Below are positions 1 to 8,950 of a stretch of DNA of 64,000 nt, in pieces; positions within the stretch are counted from its first letter, which is position 1; each line of letters opens with the position of its first letter. Location of the stretch: the NCBI GenBank assembly GCA_965224245.1, contig OZ245046.1:3264001-3328000 (forward strand). The letters run 5' to 3'. The position numbers were made by a program, and so were the translations under genes. The notes under the pieces were generated by a model. It was given only the letters and a program-made list of their open reading frames with translations. It was not told the origin of the DNA and ran no database searches. This DNA comes from Candidatus Eiseniibacteriota bacterium. Lineage in GTDB: Bacteria > Eisenbacteria > RBG-16-71-46 > CAZAMP01.

Positions 1-1
1 G

Positions 2-97
2 GCGAGAGCCGAGCTCGGATACCGCAGCCGGATCCGCCTGGAGGACGGCATGCGCGAGGTCGCCAGGTGGTATCGCGAAGCGGAGTGGCTCCGGTGA
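2..97 (+). CDS. 3' end of a probable NAD-dependent epimerase/dehydratase (partial)
   Basis: Frame 2 reads ARAELGYRSRIRLEDGMREVARWYREAEWLR*, a typical extended-SDR C-terminus. The TGA (95-97) overlaps the next GTG start (GTGA). Confidence 0.55.
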   Translation, partial: ARAELGYRSRIRLEDGMREVARWYREAEWLR

Positions 98-1014
98 CCA
101 CGCACGCGGGGCCGACCCCCGAGCGCGTGGGACCCGCGTTCGCGCGGCGAGAGCGCGGCCTGTTCGCGATGGACTGGGCCGTCATCGTGTATCTGGCCGT
201 GACCGGGATCCTGATCCTCGTCACGCGGCCGGCGCACAGCCCCACGTTGCTCCTGATCCGGGCGTCGGTGTTCGTGGTGATGGTCGCGCTGGCCCGGCTA
301 CCGCGGCCACGCAATCGATTCTGGCTCTTTCTGCGGCTGGCGTATCCGGTGACGTTCTACGGGATGTTCTACGCCGAGCTGTCGGACCTGAACACGATGT
401 TCACCAGCAAGCGTTTCGATTCCATCGTGGTCGGGTGGGAGCGGGCGGTCTTCGGTACGATGCCCAGCGTCACGCTTCGCGACGCGTGGTCCTGGACGCC
501 GCTCTCGGAGTTCCTGCACTTCGCATACGTCTCGTACTACGCGATTCCGACGTTTCTCCTCGTGATGCTGCTGCGCGGGTTTCGCATCGACGCCATCGGC
601 GAGACGGTCACCGTGGTGACGGTGACGTTCATGACCTGCTACGTGTTCTTCATCGGCTTCCCGGTGGTGGGGCCGTTCCACTACCTGACGCCGCCGGACC
701 CGACCTCGCTCGGGGCGGTGTTCCCGCCGCTCGTGCACCGGATCCTCCACGCGGGATCGTCGCCGGGCACGGCGTTTCCGAGCTCTCACGTGGCGATTGC
801 CACGGCGGTCTGGATCCAGGCGTGGCGGCACGATCGGCCGGCGGCGCTGGTGCTGACGGTCATCGTGCCCGCGCTGGCTCTCGGGGCCGTGTACGGCGGC
901 TTCCACTACGGGATCGATGCGCTATGTGGGTTCGTGCTCGCCCTGCTCGTGAACCCGCTCGGCCGCCGCCTCTGGCGCCTGCGCCCGGTGGTTCCGACCC
1001 GACCGGCCGCGTAG
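94..1014 (+). CDS. PAP2-superfamily membrane phosphatase/phosphotransferase (Aur1/Ipt1-like)
   Basis: Multiple TM helices; AFPSSH and HYGIDALCG motifs; start placed at the GTGA overlap. Confidence 0.85.
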   Translation: MTTHAGPTPERVGPAFARRERGLFAMDWAVIVYLAVTGILILVTRPAHSPTLLLIRASVFVVMVALARLPRPRNRFWLFLRLAYPVTFYGMFYAELSDLNTMFTSKRFDSIVVGWERAVFGTMPSVTLRDAWSWTPLSEFLHFAYVSYYAIPTFLLVMLLRGFRIDAIGETVTVVTVTFMTCYVFFIGFPVVGPFHYLTPPDPTSLGAVFPPLVHRILHAGSSPGTAFPSSHVAIATAVWIQAWRHDRPAALVLTVIVPALALGAVYGGFHYGIDALCGFVLALLVNPLGRRLWRLRPVVPTRPAA

Positions 1015-2256
1015 CAGTCGATCGCGCAGCACCCGGGCCTTTCGCTCCGAGCGCTCCTCGCGCCGGCGGGCGATCTCGACCCGGAACGGACTGGGAAGCC
1101 AGAGCGACCAGAGCGTCCACAGCGTGAGCGCCGCGGTCAGGATCGCGAACAGCGTCACGAGCCCGAAGTCGAGCGCGTTGCCTCCGAGGAACCCCCCCGC
1201 GAACGAGCCCGCGAACTGGTGCACGTTGAACACGCCGGTGGCGGTTCCCCTCATGTCCGGAGGTGCGAAGCGCGTGACGAGCGCGGGCAGGATCGGCTCG
1301 ATGGCGGCGATGCCGATGATGAACAGCGCGATGCCGAGAACCAGCGGGGTCAGCCGCGTGGTGCCGAAGACGGCCAGGATGAAGCAGGCGGTCGCCAGCG
1401 CCATGCCCCCTGCGCGCATGATCGGGCGCGCCCATCCCGGATGATCGGCACGGCGCACGGTGGCGAACATGACCAGGAGAGCGCCCACGATTACCGGTGG
1501 ATAGAGCCGCCACAGCTGACCCCAGCCGAGGTGGCGCTCGATCTCGAACGGAAGCACGACGAACACGCACGTGATCGCCAGGTGCACGACGAAGACGCCG
1601 ACGTCGACGATGACCAGCTCTCGCCGGCGCAGGACGTCCCATGCACGCGCGAGCGTGAGGTCGCGGGTGTCGCCGGGCGGCGGCGGATGCCGGAAGAAGA
1701 CCAGTACGTACACGATGCCGATCATCGACAGCACACCGGTCAGTGCGAAGAGCCGCGACACGCCGACGTGGGAGGCCACCAGCGGCCCGAAGCCCATCCC
1801 GAGGGCCAGCGAGCCACCGATCGCCAGCCCCAGAAAGCCCATCGCGCGCGTCCGGGCCACCGGCCGGGTCAGGTCGGCCGCGAACGCGATCAGCACCGAC
1901 GCCACCGCGCCCGATCCCTGGAGCAGGCGGCCCACCAGGAGCCACCAGATGTTGCTGGCCGCCGCGGCGGTGAACGATCCCGCGGCGAAGACGAGGAGCC
2001 CGACCACGATGGCCCGGGGGCGCCCGAGCCGATCGGACATCAGTCCCAGCGGAATCTGGAAGATCGACTGGGTCAGCGCGTACACGCCGACCGACATGCC
2101 GATCAGGATGGACGTGGCGCCGGGCAGGCTCGCCGCGTACGTGCTGAGGATCGGGAGCACCGCGTAGAATCCGAGCATGCGAAGCGACAGAATCGCGGCC
2201 AGCGCGGTGACCGCGCGCCGCTCGGCCGGCAGGAGATGCTGACGTTCGCGCGCCAT
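922..2256 (-). CDS. MFS transporter (YajR-like)
   Basis: About 12 TM segments; motif A-like GLMSDRLGRP and GRLLQGSGA; AAAGGGAG SD before the ATG at 2256. Confidence 0.9.
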   Translation of the reverse strand: MARERQHLLPAERRAVTALAAILSLRMLGFYAVLPILSTYAASLPGATSILIGMSVGVYALTQSIFQIPLGLMSDRLGRPRAIVVGLLVFAAGSFTAAAASNIWWLLVGRLLQGSGAVASVLIAFAADLTRPVARTRAMGFLGLAIGGSLALGMGFGPLVASHVGVSRLFALTGVLSMIGIVYVLVFFRHPPPPGDTRDLTLARAWDVLRRRELVIVDVGVFVVHLAITCVFVVLPFEIERHLGWGQLWRLYPPVIVGALLVMFATVRRADHPGWARPIMRAGGMALATACFILAVFGTTRLTPLVLGIALFIIGIAAIEPILPALVTRFAPPDMRGTATGVFNVHQFAGSFAGGFLGGNALDFGLVTLFAILTAALTLWTLWSLWLPSPFRVEIARRREERSERKARVLRDRLLRGRSGRNHRAQAPEAAAERVHEQGEHEPT

Positions 2257-2444
2257 CGCGCTCCCTTTCACCCGGAATCTCGTACCGGCCGGTCACCCGC
2301 AGGGACGGCGGCCGCGGGCGCCGCGTCGGACCGGCGGACCTTACCGGTCCGCCCGCGGCGCGTCACCCCCCTTGTGGACCGCCGGAATCCGCCCGTACAC
2401 TGCGCCTCGTGGAGTTCGGTGCGTCCAGAGGCATGCTCGGAGGG

Positions 2445-3761
2445 ATGGTGGCCCGTCGTCGGATCCTCGTTCCCGTGCTCGTCGGCGTGGCTCTCGGGCT
2501 GGGGGCACTGGTTGCGTGCTCACCCCGCCCGCCGGGCACCTGCAACGTCATCCTGATCTCGCTGGACACCCTCCGCGCCGATCGGCTCGGGACCTACGGC
2601 TACCCGCGCGGCACGAGCCCCTCGCTCGACGCGTTCGCCGAGCGGGGCGTCGTGTTCGAGACGGCGATCGCCGAGTGCTCGTGGACGCTCCCCTCGCACG
2701 TGACGATGCTCTCCGGACTGTCCCCCCGCTCGCACGGCGTCGTCCTGCCCACGCTCCGGCCCTCGGTCGAGACGCGGCTGCTCGCCGAGATCCTCGACGA
2801 CGCGGGATACGCCACGCTGGGGCTGACCGACGGGGGCTACGTGGCCGGACACTACGGGTTCGATCGAGGCTTCGACGTGTTCGACGACACCGAGAAGGGT
2901 CTGGCCGCGACGCTCGACCTGGCCCGTGCCTTCGTGGACTCGTTGCCGCCCGACGAGCGGTTCTTCCTGTTCCTGCACACCTACGACATCCACTGCCCGT
3001 ACACTCCCGGACCGGAAGCGGCCGCGGCGTTCCGGTCCGAGGGCGCGATCCCCATCACCACCGAGGGACGTTGCGGCAACCCCGAGTACAACTCGATGCA
3101 CCTTTCACCGGGACAGGTGCGCCACGTCTCGGACATGTACGACGCCGAGATCCAGGAGGCGGACCGGGATCTCGAGCCGTTCCTCGCGTTTCTGTCGAAC
3201 ACCGGGCGTCTCGAGGACACGATCGTCATCATCACGTCCGATCACGGCGAGGAGTTCGGCGAGCACGGGCAGATCGGTCACGAGCGCTCGCTCTACCGCG
3301 AGCTCGTCGAGATCCCCCTGATCGTCGTCGCGCCCGGCCTCTCACCCGCCCGGGAAGCTCGGTCGGCCGGACTCGTGGATCTCACCCCGACGATCCTCGA
3401 CCTCGTCGGTGTGCGCACCGAGGCGCCCTTCGAAGGACACGCGCTGTTCGGGCCGGATGCGCCGGCGCCGGACACGCCCCGCTTCAGCGAGCTCGTGTGG
3501 AAGCGCCGGCTGCGCTCGGTGGTGGCCGAGGATCATCACGCCGTCGTCAACCCCGACACCGACGCGTTCGAGCTGTATGATTGGACGCACGATCGACTCG
3601 AGCGACACGACCTCGGGGCCGAACGGCCGGACGTCGCGGAGGCGCTCGACGCGCTCCTCGACGCCCACGCCGCGGCCCCGGTGTCGCGGCGCGCCCGCCC
3701 GATCGAGCAGCTCTCGGAGGAGTCACGCGCGCGGCTCCGCGCGCTCGGATACGTGAACTGA
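2445..3761 (+). CDS. Sulfatase-like (alkaline phosphatase superfamily) lipoprotein
   Basis: Lipobox LVAC; NVILISLDTLRAD, WTLPSH and TSDHGEEF motifs; C-terminal LRALGY. Exact start uncertain (2433/2445/2448). Confidence 0.88.
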   Translation: MVARRRILVPVLVGVALGLGALVACSPRPPGTCNVILISLDTLRADRLGTYGYPRGTSPSLDAFAERGVVFETAIAECSWTLPSHVTMLSGLSPRSHGVVLPTLRPSVETRLLAEILDDAGYATLGLTDGGYVAGHYGFDRGFDVFDDTEKGLAATLDLARAFVDSLPPDERFFLFLHTYDIHCPYTPGPEAAAAFRSEGAIPITTEGRCGNPEYNSMHLSPGQVRHVSDMYDAEIQEADRDLEPFLAFLSNTGRLEDTIVIITSDHGEEFGEHGQIGHERSLYRELVEIPLIVVAPGLSPAREARSAGLVDLTPTILDLVGVRTEAPFEGHALFGPDAPAPDTPRFSELVWKRRLRSVVAEDHHAVVNPDTDAFELYDWTHDRLERHDLGAERPDVAEALDALLDAHAAAPVSRRARPIEQLSEESRARLRALGYVN

Positions 3762-3792
3762 ACGGCGCTTCCGCCGACGGAGTGGATCCCAG

Positions 3793-5331
3793 ATGGTACC
3801 TTCGCAGACCACGCTCGGACGTCTCGTCGCCGATCGAGGCGTGGACTCGGGCTCCGAGCCCGCCGTCTTCTTCGAGGACGAGGTCATCTCGTACGCCGAA
3901 CTCGCCGACTCCGTCCGGAGCGTGGCCAGCGGCTTCCTGGCCGCGGGGCTCCGTCCCGGGGATCGGGTCGGTCTGCTCCTGCCCAACACGCCCGACTTCC
4001 TCCGGGCGTGGCTGGGCGCAGCCGCGGCGGGGCTGGTCACCGTCCCGATCAACCCCGCGTACAAGCCCGACGAGATCCGGTACATCCTGTCCGACTCCGC
4101 CGCGGCGGGTCTCGTCACCGTCGAGGGGCGCGTCGGAGACGTCGAGTCGGTCTCCGTCCAGCTCCCGGAGCTCTCGGCGCGCTTCGTGACCGACGGCCAC
4201 GCGAGGGGCTGGACCCCGTTCGCCGACCTCTCGGGAGACACCGATGCCGACTGGCCGCCGGACGCCGGTCCGGGCGACCCGGCCGCCATCATCTACACCA
4301 GCGGGACCACCGGTCGGCCGAAGGGCGTCGTCCTTTCGCACCGCAACTACCTCTTCGACACGTGGAGCCTCGTCACCCACATCGGGGCCACGGCATCCGA
4401 TCGGTTCCTGTGCTTTCTGCCGCTGTATCACGTGAACGCGCAGGTGGTGTCGGTGCTGAGCGCCTTCTACGTCGGCGGCGCCCTCGCGCTCCTCCGGGAG
4501 TTCAAGCCCCAGACGTTCTTCGAGAACGTCGCACGCTACCGCGCCACGACGTTCAGCGCCGTCCCCACCGTGTACGCGATCCTGAACACGCTGCCCGACG
4601 TGGAGCGGTACGACCTCTCCTCGCTCCGATACTGCGTCTGCGGGGCGGCGCCGATGCCGGTGGAGGTGTTCAACACGTTCGAGGAGACGTTCGGCGCGAA
4701 GATCTGTGAAGGATACGGGCTCTCCGAGGCCACGTGCGGCAACTGCGTCAATCCGCTCGGCGAGGGCGCGCAGAGGAAGATCGGGTCGATCGGGGTGCCG
4801 CTGCCCGGACAGCGCATGGCCATCCTGGACGACGAGGGTCGCGAGCAGCCCGACGAGACCGTGGGCGAGATCGTCGTGGGCGGGGACGCGCTGATGCAGG
4901 GGTACTTCAACAACCCGAAGGCGACCTCAGCCGCGTTCACCGGCGACTGGCTCCGCACCGGCGACCTCGGGTATCGCGACGCCGACGGCTTCTACTTCAT
5001 CGTCGGGCGCAAGAAGGAGATGATCATCCGCGGCGGAGTGAACATCTACCCGAAGGAGATCGAGGAGGTCCTCTACCGCCACCCGTCGGTGCAGGAGGCC
5101 GCCGTGGTCGGGCTCCCCGACGACGTCTGGGGCGAGACGGTGTGCGCGTGCGTGGTCCCCAAGCCGGGAGCCGGCGTCTCCGACGAGGAGCTGGTGTCGC
5201 TCTGCGCGGAGCATCTCGCCGACTACAAGGTGCCCGAGCGCGTGGAACGCTTCGACGCCTTTCCGAAGACACCCACGGGCAAGATCCAGAAGAACGAGAT
5301 CGTCCCGCTGGTCCTCGCGCGAAGGACGTGA
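3793..5331 (+). CDS. Long-chain acyl-CoA ligase / AMP-binding enzyme
   Basis: YTSGTTGRPKG, EGYGLSEA, WLRTGDLG, GRKKEMIIRGG and PKTPTGKI motifs. Confidence 0.95.
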   Translation: MVPSQTTLGRLVADRGVDSGSEPAVFFEDEVISYAELADSVRSVASGFLAAGLRPGDRVGLLLPNTPDFLRAWLGAAAAGLVTVPINPAYKPDEIRYILSDSAAAGLVTVEGRVGDVESVSVQLPELSARFVTDGHARGWTPFADLSGDTDADWPPDAGPGDPAAIIYTSGTTGRPKGVVLSHRNYLFDTWSLVTHIGATASDRFLCFLPLYHVNAQVVSVLSAFYVGGALALLREFKPQTFFENVARYRATTFSAVPTVYAILNTLPDVERYDLSSLRYCVCGAAPMPVEVFNTFEETFGAKICEGYGLSEATCGNCVNPLGEGAQRKIGSIGVPLPGQRMAILDDEGREQPDETVGEIVVGGDALMQGYFNNPKATSAAFTGDWLRTGDLGYRDADGFYFIVGRKKEMIIRGGVNIYPKEIEEVLYRHPSVQEAAVVGLPDDVWGETVCACVVPKPGAGVSDEELVSLCAEHLADYKVPERVERFDAFPKTPTGKIQKNEIVPLVLARRT

Positions 5332-5497
5332 CGGGCGAGCGGTCCGCCCCGGCGACTCCGACGGAGGTCCGGCGTCGGAACGTGGGCGGGACGCGACCTC
5401 GAAACGTCGCAAGCACATCCCGAAGGGACGCTCCGCGGGGTGATCCCTCGATCACCCCGCGGCCATCACCGCCGGGGCCGTCCCTCGACTCGCCCCG

Positions 5498-8400
5498 CTA
5501 CGGCAGAACCACGAGCTTGCGGGTCGCGTGGTGCTCACCGGCCCGCAGGTCGTAGAAGTAGACGCCGCTCGGCACGCGCTTGCCGCCGCCGTCGCGACCG
5601 TCCCACGCGGCCGTGTGGCGGCCGGCGGTCACCTTCTCGTTCACGACGACGCGCACGAGACGTCCCGAGACGTCGAAGATCCCGAGGCGTACGTTCTCGT
5701 CGGACGGCAGGTCGAACCCGATGACCGTTCCCGCGCGGAGCGGGTTGGGCTTCGCACCGTGGACCGCGAACGTGCGCGGCCGCGTCGGGTCGACCGTCTC
5801 CACGGCCACCACCGAGCAGTCGACCGCGTCGCGAGCCCCGACCAGTCCGCATCCGGCGGGCGACTGGTCCGGCGCACACGGTGAGGTGAGCGCGATCCGG
5901 AAGTCGTCGGCGGCCACGTCACAGAACTCGGGGTCGGCCGAGAAGTCGTTCGGTCCGCCGGTACACCCCGCAGTGTCCTCGGTGTTGTTCCAGAGGTCGT
6001 TGCAGTCGAGCGTGACCGTGCCCCCGTCGCACCAGATTCCGCCCGCGCTCGGGGCCAGGCCCGACGCGACGATGTTGTTGAGCAACGAGACCGTGGCCGA
6101 GCCCGTGATCTCGATCGCGCCACCCGCCGTTCCCGCCTCGTTGTCGTGGAACGTGTTGCTCGTCACGTCGGCGTCCCCGGAATCGATCGAGATCGCGCCC
6201 CCCGACACCACGGCCTCGTTCGCGAAGAAGACCGAGCCGGTGATGTCGGCACCCAGGGGCTGATCCAGTCCGATGGCGCCCCCGCGGATCTGCGAGAAGC
6301 AGCTGTCGAACACGCAGGACTCCAGCGTCATGCGCGACTGCAGACCGTACACCGCTCCACCGGCATTCTGGGCCACGCACTCGCGAAACGTGACGTTGCG
6401 GATCGTGGGCGAGACGTTCTGGGCGAAGATGCCGCCGCCGTACCCGTTCGGGAAGCTACCGAACGAGATGCCCTGATAGATCGTCAGGTTCTCGATGTTC
6501 GCGTCGGCCTGGACCTCCATCGCGCGCTGGAACGAGGGCGCCTGCAGCGTGGTCAAGCCCGGACCCGAGCCGATCAGGAAGATGCGCTCGGAGATCGTCA
6601 CCTGCTCCTGGAACGTCCCCGGCCCCACGAACACCGTGTCGCAGAAGTTGGCCGCGTTCACGGCGGCCTGGATCGTCGCGTACTCACCGGGCACGTTCAG
6701 CGTGATGCCCACGCACGGCGGCTCGGGCGACGTGCCCGCGATGTGAAACGTCTGGGGTCCCTCCGGAAGCGCGGTCGCGCTGACCCTGGCCGTCCACAGC
6801 CCCGCCATCGGGGACGTGACGGTCACCTGCTCCATCGGATCGCGGTGGTTCGGACGTTGGACGGCATCAAGCGTGGGGATGCTGGGGGTCAGATCCCACG
6901 GGGAGTACTCGGTTCCGATCGGCGAGACGAGCACGAGGTCGAGGTCGTTGATGAGCGTCGTGAGCGCCCCCGGGCTCGCCGCCGGATCGTTCCAGGCGAT
7001 CGTGACCTGCGCGACCGCTGCGCCGGACGGCACGTCGAACGCGAACTCGGCCGTGTCGCTCGCGTCGTCCAGCGTGCCCTCGCCCCACGCACCGTCCAGG
7101 TACTGGTCGACGGCCGCGTGAACGTCGATCGCGCCGAAGCCGAACGAGTAGTCCGGTCCGACGTTTCCGAGATCGCGCGCCGTGTTGAACAGGAGCGCGC
7201 GCACCAGCGACACCTCGGGCAGGGTGCCGTGGTCGTCGAGATAGGCCCCCTGGACGAGCGCCACGCAGCCCGAGACGGCCGGCGTCGCCATGGACGTCCC
7301 GCAGAATGTGCCGTACGTGTCGCCGGCCTGCGTGGACGTGACGCCGCCGTCGCCGCCGCTCTGGCACCCGGGGCCGACCAGCTCGGGCTTCAGACGCCCG
7401 TCGTCCACCGGCCCCCAGCCCGAGAAGCTCGTCATCGAGTCGTTGTTGGAGTTGATCGCCCCCACCGTGATCGTGTTCTTCGACGCGGACGGCGGCGTGA
7501 TCGTGCCGTAGTCGGGGTTGCCGCAGTCGCTGTCCTGGCGCTCGTTGCCCGCGGAGTGCGCGACCAGGATGATGCCGCCCGCGGCGCCGTTGATGATGTC
7601 GTCGTACTCGGCACTCCCGAAGTCGTAGTCGCCGTAGGCGTCGCAGTTGCCGAGCTCCTCGGAGATCTGGCTGCTCCACGAGTTCTGCGAGATCGACGCT
7701 CCGTAGGTCGCGATCGCCAACGCATGCTCGTCGTACGTCACGTCCCAGTCGTAGCTCGCGAGACCGGCCTGGGGCGCCATTCCGGCCCACTGGAGCGCGG
7801 AGCCCCCCTCGCCCGAGCTGCCGGTGCCGTTGCCCGCCACCGTGCCGCCGACGTGCGTGGCGTGGAAGTCGGGCGTCGCACCGTCGCCGATGCTGAGTCG
7901 TGCCCCGAAGTCGACGTGGTCGGCCACCGCACCGCCGTCCCAGACCGCCACGGTGATCCCGTTGCCGGTCAGGCCGTACGGCGCGTCGTTGACGACGTCG
8001 GCTCCGGTGTTCGCGCGGCATCCGTCGTTGTCTCCGACCTTCGGTGGAGCGGTCTCGCGCACCCAGTAGACGCGGTCGTCCGCACCGATCGCCGCCAGCC
8101 CGGCCGCATCGGTCTGGATCTCGAACGCCCGCAGGAAGCCGGTCTCCTCCAGCACCGTCGCGCCGGCGGCCTCCAGAACCGATCGGGCGTCGGACAGCTC
8201 GACGTCCTCGAAGAAGCGCACGAACAGCCGCCAGTGCCCCTCGGGGGTGACGGCCCAGCCTCGCGGCCCGGCGTCCCGGAGACGAGGGTGCACGCGATCG
8301 TCGGTCAGGATCGGACCGGCCCAGCGCACGAGCAGGCCGGTGGTCGGGCGCGCGAACACGTCGCGCGGCACCGAGACCATCCACGTGTCCTCGGGCAGAT

Positions 8401-8671
8401 ACTGGAGGAAGCGGACACCCCGTTGCTCGAGTAGATCGCGCTCGACCGCGTCGTCCGGCCGCGCCATCTGCAGGAGCACGTGCCCGCGCTCGGTGGGAAG
8501 CGACTCGAGATACCGTTCGGCCTCCGCGGTGCCCGGCTCGGGCGTGAGCGTTCGCGACCGGAGACGAAGCTCGAAGGCGTTCGCCGTCGCGGCGCCGAGC
8601 GCACACCCGATCAGCCCCAACACGGTCACACGGCACACGAGGGTGCGAATCGCTACTCTCGACGAGCGCAT
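5498..8671 (-). CDS. Secreted S8 (subtilisin-family) peptidase with beta-helix region and C-terminal FlgD-Ig domain
   Basis: Signal peptide (ANA|F); triad motifs VWDGG, HATHVGGT and GTSMATP; YATIQAAV plus GGAI repeats; C-terminal PNP...IFDVSGRLVR...WDGRD...SGVYFY. Confidence 0.92.
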   Translation of the reverse strand: MRSSRVAIRTLVCRVTVLGLIGCALGAATANAFELRLRSRTLTPEPGTAEAERYLESLPTERGHVLLQMARPDDAVERDLLEQRGVRFLQYLPEDTWMVSVPRDVFARPTTGLLVRWAGPILTDDRVHPRLRDAGPRGWAVTPEGHWRLFVRFFEDVELSDARSVLEAAGATVLEETGFLRAFEIQTDAAGLAAIGADDRVYWVRETAPPKVGDNDGCRANTGADVVNDAPYGLTGNGITVAVWDGGAVADHVDFGARLSIGDGATPDFHATHVGGTVAGNGTGSSGEGGSALQWAGMAPQAGLASYDWDVTYDEHALAIATYGASISQNSWSSQISEELGNCDAYGDYDFGSAEYDDIINGAAGGIILVAHSAGNERQDSDCGNPDYGTITPPSASKNTITVGAINSNNDSMTSFSGWGPVDDGRLKPELVGPGCQSGGDGGVTSTQAGDTYGTFCGTSMATPAVSGCVALVQGAYLDDHGTLPEVSLVRALLFNTARDLGNVGPDYSFGFGAIDVHAAVDQYLDGAWGEGTLDDASDTAEFAFDVPSGAAVAQVTIAWNDPAASPGALTTLINDLDLVLVSPIGTEYSPWDLTPSIPTLDAVQRPNHRDPMEQVTVTSPMAGLWTARVSATALPEGPQTFHIAGTSPEPPCVGITLNVPGEYATIQAAVNAANFCDTVFVGPGTFQEQVTISERIFLIGSGPGLTTLQAPSFQRAMEVQADANIENLTIYQGISFGSFPNGYGGGIFAQNVSPTIRNVTFRECVAQNAGGAVYGLQSRMTLESCVFDSCFSQIRGGAIGLDQPLGADITGSVFFANEAVVSGGAISIDSGDADVTSNTFHDNEAGTAGGAIEITGSATVSLLNNIVASGLAPSAGGIWCDGGTVTLDCNDLWNNTEDTAGCTGGPNDFSADPEFCDVAADDFRIALTSPCAPDQSPAGCGLVGARDAVDCSVVAVETVDPTRPRTFAVHGAKPNPLRAGTVIGFDLPSDENVRLGIFDVSGRLVRVVVNEKVTAGRHTAAWDGRDGGGKRVPSGVYFYDLRAGEHHATRKLVVLP

Positions 8672-8950
8672 ACGGTCGTCCTCCTGATGCAGGGCGCGCG
8701 TGCGATCACGCGCGCCACTGAGAGACCGTCACCGCGGGTGACGGTCGATGGTCGTGTGTCGGGCGCATCCGACCGAGCGCGCCCGTTGGCCGAGACCGGC
8801 CACACCGCTGGATCGTTGACTTCGTCGCGGGGCGCTCCGTAGAGTCGCCGACGCCCTTCACATGCGGGGCGCCGAAGCCGCGAGGCCGTCGTGTGAACGA
8901 TCCGGGAGTGACCACAGTCCGGGGGAAGTCCGCTGAGAGACGAGCATACC

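Noticed and set aside
922-1014. 93-bp convergent overlap of the PAP2 and MFS genes
   Set aside because: The MFS tail looks like non-conserved read-through; such overlaps are common in GC-rich genomes.
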